Source: Acidobacteriota bacterium
GTDB lineage: Bacteria > Acidobacteriota > UBA6911 > RPQK01 > JAJDTT01
Length of the DNA: 64,000 nucleotides
Direction: 5' to 3'
Assembly: GCA_965217775.1 (NCBI GenBank)
Contig: CBDCJH010000002.1
Coordinates: forward strand, 4,256,001 to 4,320,000
Positions within the stretch are counted from its first letter, which is position 1. Every line of letters starts with the position of its first letter. Shown piece after piece: positions 26,610 to 37,297 of this stretch. The notes beneath the pieces are model-generated. The model did not search any database, had not been told where the DNA came from, and saw only the letters and a list, made by a program, of their open reading frames with translations. The position numbers and the translations under genes were made by a program.

Positions 26610-28235
26610 CTACTCGAACCAGAACGAATAGAGGTGCGCCTTACGCAATTGAAACTGGAGGCGGATACTCTTCCCCTTGAGCGGTTCCAGGCCCTTCATC
26701 TCACTCCAGACCATGACCTGGTCCGTGGAATCGCCGGTGAAGCTCCGGGACCGGTCGTAGTCCCATTCCGGCAGCCATTTGCCGTCCAGCTCACCGTCTC
26801 CGCGCCGCACGGCCACGCGGATGGAGCCTCCGGCGGAAGTCTTTCCGTTGATGTGCAAACGTCCGCCCGGGTGCTTGAGGGGCCGGGTCAGGAGAAATCC
26901 CTCCTCTGGCGCCTCGATGGAGACGAAGCCGTCCGTGCGCAGGGTGGCCAGGCAGATGTGCGAGTTGCCCGGCATGCGAACGTGGAGCTGCTCGCGCCCC
27001 ACGTAATAGAAATCGATTCGGTCCTCCCGCTCGATCAGGCCCACCGGCGGAAAGACCATGCCCCAGTCGTAGGTGCCGGCGGGTCCCGTCTCCAGGAAGA
27101 GAGGCCGGGCCGGATGGCGCTCCCAGTGGATGCCGTCCCGGCTCCAGGCCAACTGGATGTCGATCTGCATGTGCTTCGCCGGCTTGGACTCCAGGTCGAA
27201 CGGCTGCTTGTAATAGAAATTCTCCAGAAATCCCAGGTAGATCCCTTCGTAGCGGGCCACCGTCATTCCGTAGAACGAGAACGGGTCCAGTTCGTCGGGA
27301 CGGAGGATCACGGTGGGTTGGGTCCAGTTGATGAGATCGGAGCTTTCCGAATAGGCGATGCGGCGGATCCGGCTGGCGTTGATGGGCGGCCTCCGGTAGA
27401 GCATGAAGACCTTCCGCTCCGGGTTGTAGAGAATCTGGTTCTCGCAGTCGCTCTGGCCCCGGAAGATGGGGTTCTCCTCCTGGTCCCGGAAGTGGAGGCC
27501 GTCTTGGCTCAGGGCGATCCGCACCTCCATGCCTCCGCCGGGCATCTGCAGCGTCGCGGGGTTCCGGCCCAGTTCCCCGCTGTGGTAGGCCAGCAGGTAG
27601 CGGCCTTTGTGGCGCCAGTGTTCGGGCAACTCGGTCACCGCTATTGAGGCGCTCCGTCCCGGCTTGGCGAAAAAGACGTTGGGGGCCGAGAGGCCCTCGA
27701 TCTCATGGAGCTTCAGGTCGGGCGCCGTCCAGTTCAGACCGTCCCGCGACTCGAAGAAGAGCCCGAAGTGTTGGCCGGCGGTGCGATACATCCGATAGCC
27801 GTTGGCCCACATCCGGTAGAGTCCCCGCTCCCGGTCGTAGACGACGCTGGGGGTACTCACCACGTGGGTCTCCTCGTGGTCCGGAGAGGCGCCGCCGGTG
27901 ATGAGGGGATTCTCCGGGTGTCGCCGGGGCCGATGGACCACCCTCCTGCAGCCGGCCAGGTCCTCCACCACGTAGTCGTCCATGAGCAACTGACGGCGGT
28001 TGCCGATCTCAAGAGGCGGAACCGGCAACACCACCCACGACCCCTCGATGGAGGTCCCCTTCACGTACTTGGAAGCGGACAGCTTGCCGCCGGTGACGAT
28101 GTGTCCCGTCCCGTCGAAGCGGCCCGGCGGTTCCTTGATTCGCGTCTCGGCCTGACCCAGGGCCGATCCAACGCCGGCGCCGAGCCAGACCAGCGTCCCC
28201 AGCAGCAGGAGTGGATTTCGTCCAAGCGGGCGCAT
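26610..28235 (-). CDS. GH32/GH43-like beta-propeller protein, exported
   Basis: HPENPLI, ESRDGLNW, SRDGIHW, LRTDGFVS, HLYSFWF. Confidence 0.78.
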   Translation of the reverse strand: MRPLGRNPLLLLGTLVWLGAGVGSALGQAETRIKEPPGRFDGTGHIVTGGKLSASKYVKGTSIEGSWVVLPVPPLEIGNRRQLLMDDYVVEDLAGCRRVVHRPRRHPENPLITGGASPDHEETHVVSTPSVVYDRERGLYRMWANGYRMYRTAGQHFGLFFESRDGLNWTAPDLKLHEIEGLSAPNVFFAKPGRSASIAVTELPEHWRHKGRYLLAYHSGELGRNPATLQMPGGGMEVRIALSQDGLHFRDQEENPIFRGQSDCENQILYNPERKVFMLYRRPPINASRIRRIAYSESSDLINWTQPTVILRPDELDPFSFYGMTVARYEGIYLGFLENFYYKQPFDLESKPAKHMQIDIQLAWSRDGIHWERHPARPLFLETGPAGTYDWGMVFPPVGLIEREDRIDFYYVGREQLHVRMPGNSHICLATLRTDGFVSIEAPEEGFLLTRPLKHPGGRLHINGKTSAGGSIRVAVRRGDGELDGKWLPEWDYDRSRSFTGDSTDQVMVWSEMKGLEPLKGKSIRLQFQLRKAHLYSFWFE

Positions 28236-28245
28236 GATTCCCTCC

Positions 28246-29985
28246 TTACCGATCCGGATACTCCACGGTCAAGAAGATCTGGTGCACGATCACGGGACGC
28301 CTTTCCTCCGGTTCGTCTCTGTTTTTCGCACCCGAATCCCGCACCAGCCGGCCCTCGGCGAACTCGTCCACCAGGGTCCCCTCATTCCGTTTCCAACCCA
28401 GCCAGTCCTTCCTCCTGACGCCGGGTGGAGCCACGATTCCAGGGAACGGACCTCCCGCCGGCACGTCCGAAATGATGCCCAGCTCGTTGGCGCCGCTGCG
28501 CATGATCCCGGCGGGGACGTCCACGTGATACCAGGGCTCTTCCCGGGTCAGCGCGGGAAGCAGAGTGTGGTTCAACCTCACCCAGATTTGCGTGTCTTCC
28601 CGGCTCTCGGCGGTCCAGAGGCTGATGCGAAAGCGGGCGTTCTCATCGTCGGCGTCCGGGCCGATAAGAAGAGGCAGCTTGGTTTCCACCCGATCCAGGA
28701 CCACGGGCAGCAGGGCCGACTCGGATCCCTGGATGATGGGCCCGCCGGTGTGGGCTGTGGAGTGGATGGCGTAGATCTTGTTCTTGCCCGCCAGGGTCTC
28801 CGACTCCCCCAATTCGCTGAGCGCCGAGATGAACTCCTCGCGGCTCAGCTCCTGGGTCGGCTCGTTGGCGTAATTGAAGAGGTAAATGCCGTCCGCGCCC
28901 TGCTGATGGTAATAGGCGGCGCTGGCGCGCATTCCCTCTCGGAACACGGGCCGTCCATAGAGCCCTTCCCAGGCCCCCGCCCGATAGGAGTTGCCGTTGA
29001 GGGTGGCGTAGACGGGAACACCGTGGGCCCGGCCCAGGCTCACGAACTGGTCCAGGCGCAGCCGGCTGGGGAGATGGCCCATGCCAACGAGAAGCACGTC
29101 CAACAGCCCCTCACGGACCCACCGCTCGACCTCCATGCCCAGCTCCAGCGACCGTTCCAAGGAGTCCACGACATGGACGGCCAGGGTGTAGGGACGTCCC
29201 CGCCGCTCCCCCACGGCATTCAGCCGCTGCCGCGCCTCGCGCATCATTTCGGTCAACAAGTGGGCGTGGCGCCTCTCCTGCCCCAGGGGGAAGCTGATGC
29301 CCATGCGGTTGAAGTCCAGCTCGTAGCCATCGAAATCATGGGCGGCGGCGGTCCGCTCAATGAAGTTTAGCCGGTGTTGCCGGACCTCCGGATGGACGAA
29401 GTTGAGCCCGGACCACAGCATGTGTTCGGTCAGTTCGGAGGCCAGGTGCCGGCTGCTTTCGGGGGCCAGCAGGAACTCCGGATGCTCGATCTTGAAGGGA
29501 TCGTCCAGATCATGGAGGGAGACGGACCGCCAGGACGCGTGCAGATCGTTCATCCTCAGGGAGGCCCACACCTCCATTCCGCGGGCGTGGCAGGCTTCGA
29601 TGACCAGGTCCCGCACCTCCTCGTAGGAACTGAAACAGGGCCAGAGCATCTCCGTCGAGATGTTGTAGGGAGGGTCCGCGCCGTTGCCGATGTGGAAGAC
29701 GTAGGTGTCCACCTGGGTGCCGAAGGTCATGTTGGTGCGGACGTCGAGGAAGGACTGATGGTCGGTGATGTCGGCGATCAGCTTCATGTAGGGGATCTTC
29801 CGCCCCTGGTCAATGTAACCCCAGGTTTCCTGCGAGGCAGCGTCGTAGTAAAGGATTCGCCGCTTCCGGTCCTTGGGGAAAACGGGCTTCCGGATGCCGT
29901 CCTCGTCGCCTCCGCCCTCAGGGGCGCAGGCGGCGGCTAAAAACAGTGCACTCCACAAGAGCGGCAACCAGCGATGCAGTCTCAT
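28246..29985 (-). CDS. Lipoprotein with putative glycoside hydrolase TIM barrel (GHL10-like)
   Basis: Lipobox-like LAAAC, ASLRMNDLH, LNFVHPEVR, DGYELDF, GADGIYLFN. Confidence 0.72.
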   Translation of the reverse strand: MRLHRWLPLLWSALFLAAACAPEGGGDEDGIRKPVFPKDRKRRILYYDAASQETWGYIDQGRKIPYMKLIADITDHQSFLDVRTNMTFGTQVDTYVFHIGNGADPPYNISTEMLWPCFSSYEEVRDLVIEACHARGMEVWASLRMNDLHASWRSVSLHDLDDPFKIEHPEFLLAPESSRHLASELTEHMLWSGLNFVHPEVRQHRLNFIERTAAAHDFDGYELDFNRMGISFPLGQERRHAHLLTEMMREARQRLNAVGERRGRPYTLAVHVVDSLERSLELGMEVERWVREGLLDVLLVGMGHLPSRLRLDQFVSLGRAHGVPVYATLNGNSYRAGAWEGLYGRPVFREGMRASAAYYHQQGADGIYLFNYANEPTQELSREEFISALSELGESETLAGKNKIYAIHSTAHTGGPIIQGSESALLPVVLDRVETKLPLLIGPDADDENARFRISLWTAESREDTQIWVRLNHTLLPALTREEPWYHVDVPAGIMRSGANELGIISDVPAGGPFPGIVAPPGVRRKDWLGWKRNEGTLVDEFAEGRLVRDSGAKNRDEPEERRPVIVHQIFLTVEYPDR

Positions 29986-30010
29986 TTTTCCCTCCCAGTC
30001 CGTGCCGGCA

Positions 30011-31582
30011 TTAAATCCGGAACCGAATGGAATATAGATCCGCGTCTTTCAGGGCGAAACGCAGCCGGACGGGTTTCCCCGACAGCGAACCCACATCGCT
30101 TCCAGCCCGCCAAGTGACAACCCGTTCGATTTCATCTCCGACGATCTCCACACAGTCGGCCAACCCAAAGCCTTCCGCGGGCCTTCCCTGAACGTCTTGA
30201 ACCTCCACCCTCAGACTTCCTGCCGCCGAAGTGGCGTAGTTCAGGACCAGTTCCTTTCCCTGGAAGACAAGGGGCCGAGTGAGAAACTCTCCGCCGGAAT
30301 AGGGACCGTTCACGGAAACGAACCCGTCAATGCGGAGAGCGCCCCTCCGCAGCCGGACCGACGGGTGCCGGTAGTGCTCGATGTAGTAGATGGAGATCTC
30401 CGCCGGTCCCGTGGGCACGACCCCGACTCCCTTGTACATGTTCCGGTCGGTCCAGTTGTCCGGGTCGGGGCCCGGCCGCAGGAACGCCTCCATGAATCGC
30501 CGGTCCCAGTGGATCCCGTCGCGGCTGGCCATGAACACGCTCTCGGAAATCCCGCTCGCGGTCCAGTCCTCACGGACCTTGCGCTTCGGGAAGAAGCGCT
30601 TGGGGAACATGAGATAGATATGGGGCGCCCGGTAGTAGAGGCTGCAGGCATTCATGTAGAGGTGCTCGACGGGCGAATCGCCCACCTCGATGAAATGTGG
30701 CTTGGACCAGGTTCTGAAGTCGGGCGAGACGCTGCGCCGGATGGAGCGGACCCCGGGCGGGTAGGTCTCAAAGACTCCGAACCGCGGGTCCATGCCCCGC
30801 ATGTAGGCCACGTACTGCCCAAGATTCGGGTCCCACAGGGCCGTGTTGTGGGAGTCGAAATGGGGCCAGTGGTCGTCGCCGGGAGCGGTGAGGATGGGGT
30901 CCTTGTCCAACACCGTCCAGTGAAGTCCGTCCGGCGAGACCAGGCCGCGGAGCGTCCCGGGCGGGTCGAACCCGGACGAGAGGCCGATGGCCTTGTAGCG
31001 CTCCGACTCCGGCGCCGCCGGGTTGCCGTCCTTGAAGACACACACGTGCTTGGCCGTACTTCCGTGGATCACGATGTTGTTGTCTCGGGACGGCTCGAAC
31101 CCGCGGATGCCCCGGGTTTCATGCATCCCCAAGACCGGCCTTTCCCAATGGATTCCGTCGCGGCTCTCGGCGTAACAGGTGCACGGTTCCGGCCGCCGAT
31201 CGGCCCGGATTCCGTCCCATACGCCGCCTCCCCGGTACCAGAGCCGGTAGCGATCTACGTCCTTTATATAGGCCGGAGCGTAACTCAAGGGGCCCTCCCA
31301 GGGGCGGTCGAACTCGAGGACCACCTCCCGGGGCACGGGGCGGTGCAGCTTCAGCTCCACCCCCTTCATGGTCTCGATCAGCCAGTCGTCCACGAACAGC
31401 TCGAGCCTGGACCCGATCTCACGCACTTGCGGGGATAACCCACGGGCGCCGGACGCCGGCAGCCGTGCCGGTTGGATGAATGCCACCGAACCGAAACCGA
31501 GGGTGGACGCCCTCAAGAATTCTCTGCGGGACGTGGTCCGACGCCGTCGCCGGTCGAGTGCCTCTTGCATCCGTGGAACCAT
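30011..31582 (-). CDS. GH32/GH43-like beta-propeller protein, Tat-exported
   Basis: SRREFL; close paralog of 23294-24826 (FDSHN, EHLY, MFPKRF, RRFMEAFLRPG, LRIDGFVS). Confidence 0.8.
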   Translation of the reverse strand: MVPRMQEALDRRRRRTTSRREFLRASTLGFGSVAFIQPARLPASGARGLSPQVREIGSRLELFVDDWLIETMKGVELKLHRPVPREVVLEFDRPWEGPLSYAPAYIKDVDRYRLWYRGGGVWDGIRADRRPEPCTCYAESRDGIHWERPVLGMHETRGIRGFEPSRDNNIVIHGSTAKHVCVFKDGNPAAPESERYKAIGLSSGFDPPGTLRGLVSPDGLHWTVLDKDPILTAPGDDHWPHFDSHNTALWDPNLGQYVAYMRGMDPRFGVFETYPPGVRSIRRSVSPDFRTWSKPHFIEVGDSPVEHLYMNACSLYYRAPHIYLMFPKRFFPKRKVREDWTASGISESVFMASRDGIHWDRRFMEAFLRPGPDPDNWTDRNMYKGVGVVPTGPAEISIYYIEHYRHPSVRLRRGALRIDGFVSVNGPYSGGEFLTRPLVFQGKELVLNYATSAAGSLRVEVQDVQGRPAEGFGLADCVEIVGDEIERVVTWRAGSDVGSLSGKPVRLRFALKDADLYSIRFRI

Positions 31583-31730
31583 TGTCGACCCGGAAGAATT
31601 GGGCCGGGTTTGCCTACCCCGACTCGTTATCGTCGTAAGTATAGAAGGTGAAACGTCCGATCAGAACCAAGGATTTACGAAGACATCCGGAAATGGCGAA
31701 GAGTCGGCGCTTCAGGGGCGGGGTTGAAGA

Positions 31731-31790
31731 GGGAGACAAGGATGTCCCCCTCCCAGGGTCTGAAAAGGGGGACAAAATGCCCCCCTCCCA
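31731..31790. repeat. Two REP-like hairpins (GGGRGACAA..TGYCCCCCTCCCA)
   Basis: Same family as 26574-26602, 23249-23272 and 50441-50470. Confidence 0.6.
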
Positions 31791-31791
31791 T

Positions 31792-34700
31792 TCAGAACGA
31801 GAAGCGGAAGCCCAACTGGATCTGGCGCGCCGTCGCAGCACTGCTCACCCGCCCCGCGCTCGAGCGGTCTATTCTGCCTTCGGGTGCGTTGAAGATGGCG
31901 GTGTTCAATGCGTTGAAGAATTCCACACGGAAGTCCAGGGACTTCAGTTCCCCGAGGGCGAACCCCTTGTGCAGAGAGAAATCCACTATGGGCACACCAT
32001 CGTAGCGCAGCGGCCAAGGCGACGCATTGCCCAGAGCCAGAGAGGCGGCCTGGTGGCAATATTGGGCCCCTCCGCACAGACTGCTGTGGTACTTGGGCAA
32101 CACAAAGGCGCTGAGATCGAACCACCGTTCCACCGTCGCACCCCCACCCAGACTTCCGTCGCGAATCCGGTCCGGTCGCTGGCCGGAGCGCCGGCCCTGG
32201 TTCCACAGATCCCGGTTCACGCGGACTTCGAACAATGCACCCGTGGTCAGGGTGACGATTCCCGTGGCTTCCCAGCCACCCAGCAGCGTTTTCTTCAGTC
32301 CGTCCGCATTACGGAAGAACGGAAGCTCCCAGATCGTCGAGTTGTAGAAAGTGTGGGTCCGATCCCAGCGCATGGGCGACTTCAGGCGGTGGCGCTCGAA
32401 TTCCAGGGAATTGCGCCCGTCGAGCCAGACCCCGTTGATGTTGAGGGCCATGCCCTTGCCCCAGGTGTAGCCCATCGACATGGCCAGCCCGTCCTGGAAG
32501 CGCCGTTCCAGCTTGGCCTGCAGGGAGTCGTAGTGCATGTTCCCATCAGGACGCATCAGGATGTTGGGTCTCAGTTGGGGGTAGGGCCGGCGAGCCCGCT
32601 GCCCACTCCAGGACCGGGGCGCCGTATCGCCGGGAATCCAAGCGCGCGGGCCGGCCGTGACCGTGGCGGAGCTGGCGTGCCTCGTGCCGCCGCCCACCAG
32701 CGTCTGCATATAGCCTTCCGGTTGGGCCACGTTGTGGGGAAGGGAATTTCGGATGTGCCGTGCCTGGTTGCCCACGTAGGCCACTTCCAGCTTGGTGCCC
32801 TGAAAGATCTCGTGCTGGAGCGACAGGTTGTAGGAGTAAACTTGTCCTTCTTCCCAATCCAACTCCGGCAGGTAGCAGGTCCGGTACTCACCCACCGCGG
32901 TCTGCGTCGGCAGATCCAGCCGCTTTCCGAGGAACAGGGTCGGTCTCTCCGTTCCCCTCGGCAGGATGCTGCTGATCGTGCCCGTGGCGGGAAGAAGCGT
33001 CCTGCCTCTGAGAACCCCGATCTCCTGGTCGTAGGTCAGGCCCGCTCCCAAGCGCAGGACCGTCCGGTTGGTTCCGAACATCCTCCACGCCAGTCCGAAG
33101 CGCGGCGCGAAGTAGCGCCACTTGGCCTTGAAGCAACCCCGTGTGTCCAGATTCCCGAAGGGCATGGCCAGACCGGTCGGGCCTTGGAAGCGCTCGATGT
33201 CGAAACCCTTCGGCATCATCCGCACCGGATCGATGCGGCCGTTGGCCTGCGAGTAGTCGAAAGCACAGTAGTAATAGTCGGTGGGATAGCCGCCGTCGGG
33301 CGTTCCTCCGTAGTAGGGCGGCCGCGGCTGCTCCCACCTCACGCCCAGGTTCAGGGTCAGGTCCGGCCCCAGCTTCCAGTCGTCGTTGACGAACCAGTTA
33401 TAGTGGCTCATGTCGAAGTGGGTGTAATAGAAGGAGTTGCCCTGGTTGTTGCCGGTCACCGAGGAGGGCAGCCCCAGCGCGAAGTCGGCCCAGGGCTCTC
33501 CGAAGGTGGCGCCGGTCACGGCTCCGGCCTCGTTGCGTCTGATCTGGCCGGAGGCGTATCCGTCGAACCGGTCTCTGCCGCCGCTGTAGGCGATCACGCG
33601 GTTGCCCTCCACGTCCAGGTTGCGGCTGTGCTCGATGCCGAATTTCAGGTAGTGGTTCCCCTTGCGCCAGGAGGCGGAGTACTTCGCCGACCATCCCCAG
33701 TCCGTCCGAGGCGACACCGTCGTTCCCCGCCAGCCCGTGTAATTGGAGGGTTCGATCCGCGGCAATCCACCCGGTCCCCGGCTTCCATCCGGGTAGTAGG
33801 ACACATGCAGGTGCCCGTCGTCGTAGCCCAGGTCCTCGGCCCAGTTCCGGTCCTCCAGCGGAACCGAGATCAGCCAGGAGAAACTCCAAATAGAGGCGCT
33901 GAGCTCCGTCACCAGGTTCGACCCGATGGGATTGACCCAGCTCATGGCCGTCTGCCAGCCATGGGACCGGTCCTGAAACTGCCGGCTGACCCCATGGAGC
34001 TCGGCTCCCGGGACGCCGAACCTTCCCGTGTGCACCGTCTCCGGAGAGTTCTGCCAACTGAAGCGGGCAAAGATCGTGTCGTCGGCGGCGAAGTGGTGAT
34101 CGCCCCGGATGGAGTACTTGTTGACCCGGCTGTTGCGAGTGTTGGGATAGCTGTAGTTCTGATCGGTGGCGCCGGCCACGTTGGGCGTCGGCGGTGGAAT
34201 CAATTCCATCGCCTTCAGGTAGACCGGACTCATCATGCTCTGGGGAATCCGGTTGTTGGGGAAAGGTTGCCGCTCTCCGCCCACCACGTCAAAGGGGTTG
34301 TAGAGCTGAGGAATCGTTCCGCTGGCTCCGGCGCCCGCGAAGTCTCCCCCGGTCATGGCCGCCGAAGGGACCGTCAGGAAGTCGACGCTCTCGAAGTCGT
34401 CGATGAACCGCTCGTAGTGGGCGTGAAAAAAGGTCCGGTCCTTGATGATGGGGCCGCCCATGGATCCGCCGAAGATCTGATAGTTCACCGGCAGCTTGCC
34501 GGACCCGGTCCGGTTGGTGAAGAAATTGGCCGCATCCAGGCGCTCATCCCGAAAGTAGTACCAGGTGTGCCCGTGGAACTCGTTGGTCCCGCTCTTGGAG
34601 AGCATGCTGATCACGGCTCCGCCGACGCGACCGTGCTCGGCCGAGTAGTTGTTGGTGATGATCTTGAACTCCTGCACCGTCTCCGGTGTGGGCTGGACCA

Positions 34701-35358
34701 CGGGCCTCTGGGTGACATAGCCCTGGTTGTTGGCCCCGTCCAGTGTGATCTGGTTGGAGTGGGCGTAGAGGCCGTTGAAGGAGGGGTAACCGCCGCCGTA
34801 GGCGTACATTTGCTGAGCGTACCCGATCTCGGACCGCTCCTGGACGCCACCCGTGGTCAGATAGGCCAGCTTCACCAGGTCCCGTCCTCGAATCGGCAGG
34901 TCCAGGATTTTCCTCTCCTCGATCACCGCTCCCACCTCGGCCGTGTCCGTGTCAATGATCGTCGTCTGACCCGTGACCGTCACCTGCTCGGCGATCTCAC
35001 CCGGCGTCAGAGTGAAGTCCACCCGGGCCACCTGGGTCACCTCCAGACGCACATCCAGGGAAATCTGCGTCTTGAAGCCCGGGAGCTCCGCCTTCAGGTC
35101 GTACCGGCCCGGAATGAGCTTGTCGATGAGGTAGTTTCCCCGATCGTCGGTCACCGCCAGACGCGGCACATTCGTGGCCATGGCCGTCGCCTCGACTTCG
35201 ACTCCGGGCACCACGGCGCCGGTCTGGTCCGTGACCGTCCCCAGCAGCCGTGCATAGGTGGTGGCTTGTCCGTATACCTGTGCGGGCGCCAACGCGGCGG
35301 CCAGCGCCAGGAATGCCATCGCCGGACACCATTGCCTCTTCGATACCTGAGCCATCAT
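31792..35358 (-). CDS. Oar-like TonB-dependent receptor with N-terminal carboxypeptidase-regulatory-like domain
   Basis: GTVTDQTGAVVPG, LDGANN, VQEFKI..NYSAEHGR, KSGTNEFHG, APRFGLAW, RQIQLGFRFSF. Confidence 0.95.
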   Translation of the reverse strand: MMAQVSKRQWCPAMAFLALAAALAPAQVYGQATTYARLLGTVTDQTGAVVPGVEVEATAMATNVPRLAVTDDRGNYLIDKLIPGRYDLKAELPGFKTQISLDVRLEVTQVARVDFTLTPGEIAEQVTVTGQTTIIDTDTAEVGAVIEERKILDLPIRGRDLVKLAYLTTGGVQERSEIGYAQQMYAYGGGYPSFNGLYAHSNQITLDGANNQGYVTQRPVVQPTPETVQEFKIITNNYSAEHGRVGGAVISMLSKSGTNEFHGHTWYYFRDERLDAANFFTNRTGSGKLPVNYQIFGGSMGGPIIKDRTFFHAHYERFIDDFESVDFLTVPSAAMTGGDFAGAGASGTIPQLYNPFDVVGGERQPFPNNRIPQSMMSPVYLKAMELIPPPTPNVAGATDQNYSYPNTRNSRVNKYSIRGDHHFAADDTIFARFSWQNSPETVHTGRFGVPGAELHGVSRQFQDRSHGWQTAMSWVNPIGSNLVTELSASIWSFSWLISVPLEDRNWAEDLGYDDGHLHVSYYPDGSRGPGGLPRIEPSNYTGWRGTTVSPRTDWGWSAKYSASWRKGNHYLKFGIEHSRNLDVEGNRVIAYSGGRDRFDGYASGQIRRNEAGAVTGATFGEPWADFALGLPSSVTGNNQGNSFYYTHFDMSHYNWFVNDDWKLGPDLTLNLGVRWEQPRPPYYGGTPDGGYPTDYYYCAFDYSQANGRIDPVRMMPKGFDIERFQGPTGLAMPFGNLDTRGCFKAKWRYFAPRFGLAWRMFGTNRTVLRLGAGLTYDQEIGVLRGRTLLPATGTISSILPRGTERPTLFLGKRLDLPTQTAVGEYRTCYLPELDWEEGQVYSYNLSLQHEIFQGTKLEVAYVGNQARHIRNSLPHNVAQPEGYMQTLVGGGTRHASSATVTAGPRAWIPGDTAPRSWSGQRARRPYPQLRPNILMRPDGNMHYDSLQAKLERRFQDGLAMSMGYTWGKGMALNINGVWLDGRNSLEFERHRLKSPMRWDRTHTFYNSTIWELPFFRNADGLKKTLLGGWEATGIVTLTTGALFEVRVNRDLWNQGRRSGQRPDRIRDGSLGGGATVERWFDLSAFVLPKYHSSLCGGAQYCHQAASLALGNASPWPLRYDGVPIVDFSLHKGFALGELKSLDFRVEFFNALNTAIFNAPEGRIDRSSAGRVSSAATARQIQLGFRFSF

Positions 35359-35716
35359 TTTTCCTCCTCTTGGCGGACGCTACCTGTTTCGGGCTGGTGC
35401 GAGGTATCGAAGCCGTCTTGCAATGGGTTGGGGCGGATTCTCTACCCCGGATTTGCTGTTGATGGTAAAGGATGATTTATTCAATCGCAATAACCAATTG
35501 GAGCGATGCCAGTTCGGGACTCCGTAACCATTTGAAACAAAACAGCTAATCAAGACTCAGCCATAAATCGGATGACCCACATTCAACCTGAAAAATTGGC
35601 TGTCGAGGCGGGACAAAAACTGGATGACTCCGGCTGGGCGCTCACCTGATTGCGTTGACCCCGGTGGAACCGAGGGTTAGACTTGCGAATATAAATTCCA
35701 CTGCGAGGGTAACAAG

Positions 35717-37267
35717 ATGCCCACCTTTTCCACCACATTCTTTCTCCGCCTGGGAGCGATCGTGGCCTTGGCGGCGACCGGGATCCTGCTGCGGGATGCC
35801 CCGGACATGAACGCTTCCATGGGTGCGGGCTTCGACCCGGACGAGCGGTTCGTCCTGGAGTCCAATCTGCCCACCGGCCAGTTCTCCTTCGAGGTCCTGG
35901 AGCAGGGGAGCCGGGTTCACCTGCCCTCGCGCCTCTACTTCGCCCACGCCGACGGGCGCCCGGAAGTGCCTGTCGTGGGCCGGTTCCAGAACTTCCTGGT
36001 GACCGCCACCGGGCGTGAACTCAAGACTCTTCCCGTGGGCGAGTACGACGTGTATGTCACGCGGGGCACCGAATACACCCTGGACCATCAAAAGGTCTCG
36101 ATCTCCGAGGGACAGAGAACCCACCAGAACTTCACGCTGTCCCGAGTCGTGGACACCTCGGGTTTCATCTCCTCGGACTTTCACATGCATCTGACCTTCG
36201 CCATGCGGGACGGAGCGATCGTGTCCGCGGCCGAGGGGCTGGATCTGCTGACCGCCACCGATCACAACGTTCTCAAGGACTACGCTCCTCATATTCGGGA
36301 GCTGAATCTGGAGCCGTTCTTGAGTTCGGTCGTGGGCGCCGAGATCGACACGGTCTTCGGCCACTTCAACAGCTTTCCCTTGTCGGTGAACATTTGGGCG
36401 GAGCGGACTTTCCGGCATGCCATCCGTACGCCGGGGGAGTTTCTACGTCTCGTGCTTACGGACCCGGGAGATGAAATCGTCCAGATCAACCATCCACGAG
36501 GGAATCCGCCCAAACCGAGGAGTCGATACTTCGACGCCCGGTTGAATCCCGAGACCTCAGAAATCGAGTACCCCTACTTCGAGTACGGGTTCGACCAGGT
36601 AGAGATCTTCAACGCCAAGACCGACAGGGACAGAGAGAAAAACCATTACGGCCGCACGCCCCTGGTGGATCAGAAGCTCAAGGACTGGTACAGCCTCATG
36701 AACCGGGGCATCTTCATGACGGGCGTCGCCAACACCGATGCCCACGGGTATCCTCGCGAGCTTCCCGGCTATCCTCGAAACTACGTCCTTTCGGAAACGG
36801 ACAACCCCTGGGAGATCGACCCTGCGCGGGTGGTCGACGCTCTCAAGAGCAGGGCCTCCACGGCCTCCTTCGGGCCCGTGATCCGCTTTTCCGCCGGAGA
36901 CGGCAGCCCCGTGGGTTCCCAGCTCGCCGCCAGGCAGGAAGGCACGACGCTCCACATTCAGGTTCAGGCGGTCCCCTGGGTCCCGGTGGAGCGGGTCGAG
37001 TTGATCGCCAACGGCAAGCTGATTCGAACCTTCCCGGTGGAGAACCGGTCGGAGGTCGTGCGCTTTGACCAGGACGTGACCGTCCGGCCCGAGAAGGACA
37101 CCTGGTACGTGGTGCTGGCGACCTCGGATGGGAGGTGGGATGCCCCCTTTTCCCATTTCAGTTCCTTCTCCTTCACCAACCCCATCCTCCTGGACGTGGA
37201 CGGCAACGGCTACTTCGATCCGCCCAATCCGGGAGATCCCGGCACCCCTCCAGAGCCGAAAAAGTAA
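35717..37267 (+). CDS. CehA/McbA-type PHP-fold metallohydrolase
   Basis: SDFHMH, TDHN, GHFN, INHP, NTDAH, TNPILLDVDGNG. Confidence 0.82.
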   Translation: MPTFSTTFFLRLGAIVALAATGILLRDAPDMNASMGAGFDPDERFVLESNLPTGQFSFEVLEQGSRVHLPSRLYFAHADGRPEVPVVGRFQNFLVTATGRELKTLPVGEYDVYVTRGTEYTLDHQKVSISEGQRTHQNFTLSRVVDTSGFISSDFHMHLTFAMRDGAIVSAAEGLDLLTATDHNVLKDYAPHIRELNLEPFLSSVVGAEIDTVFGHFNSFPLSVNIWAERTFRHAIRTPGEFLRLVLTDPGDEIVQINHPRGNPPKPRSRYFDARLNPETSEIEYPYFEYGFDQVEIFNAKTDRDREKNHYGRTPLVDQKLKDWYSLMNRGIFMTGVANTDAHGYPRELPGYPRNYVLSETDNPWEIDPARVVDALKSRASTASFGPVIRFSAGDGSPVGSQLAARQEGTTLHIQVQAVPWVPVERVELIANGKLIRTFPVENRSEVVRFDQDVTVRPEKDTWYVVLATSDGRWDAPFSHFSSFSFTNPILLDVDGNGYFDPPNPGDPGTPPEPKK

Positions 37268-37297
37268 TCGAAGCGTCGGGCAAGAGTCTGCGGCGAG

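Noticed and set aside
31648-35475. 1275-aa plus-strand ORF and similar long antisense ORFs (17139-19514, 48012-50480, 2307-4301)
   Set aside because: Shadow frames opposite well-supported genes in GC-rich DNA, with no recognisable motifs.
35470-35560. AT-rich stretch with ATCGC..CCAATTGG..GCGAT upstream of the Oar receptor as an operator
   Set aside because: The symmetry is weak and there is no regulator gene in the window to support it.
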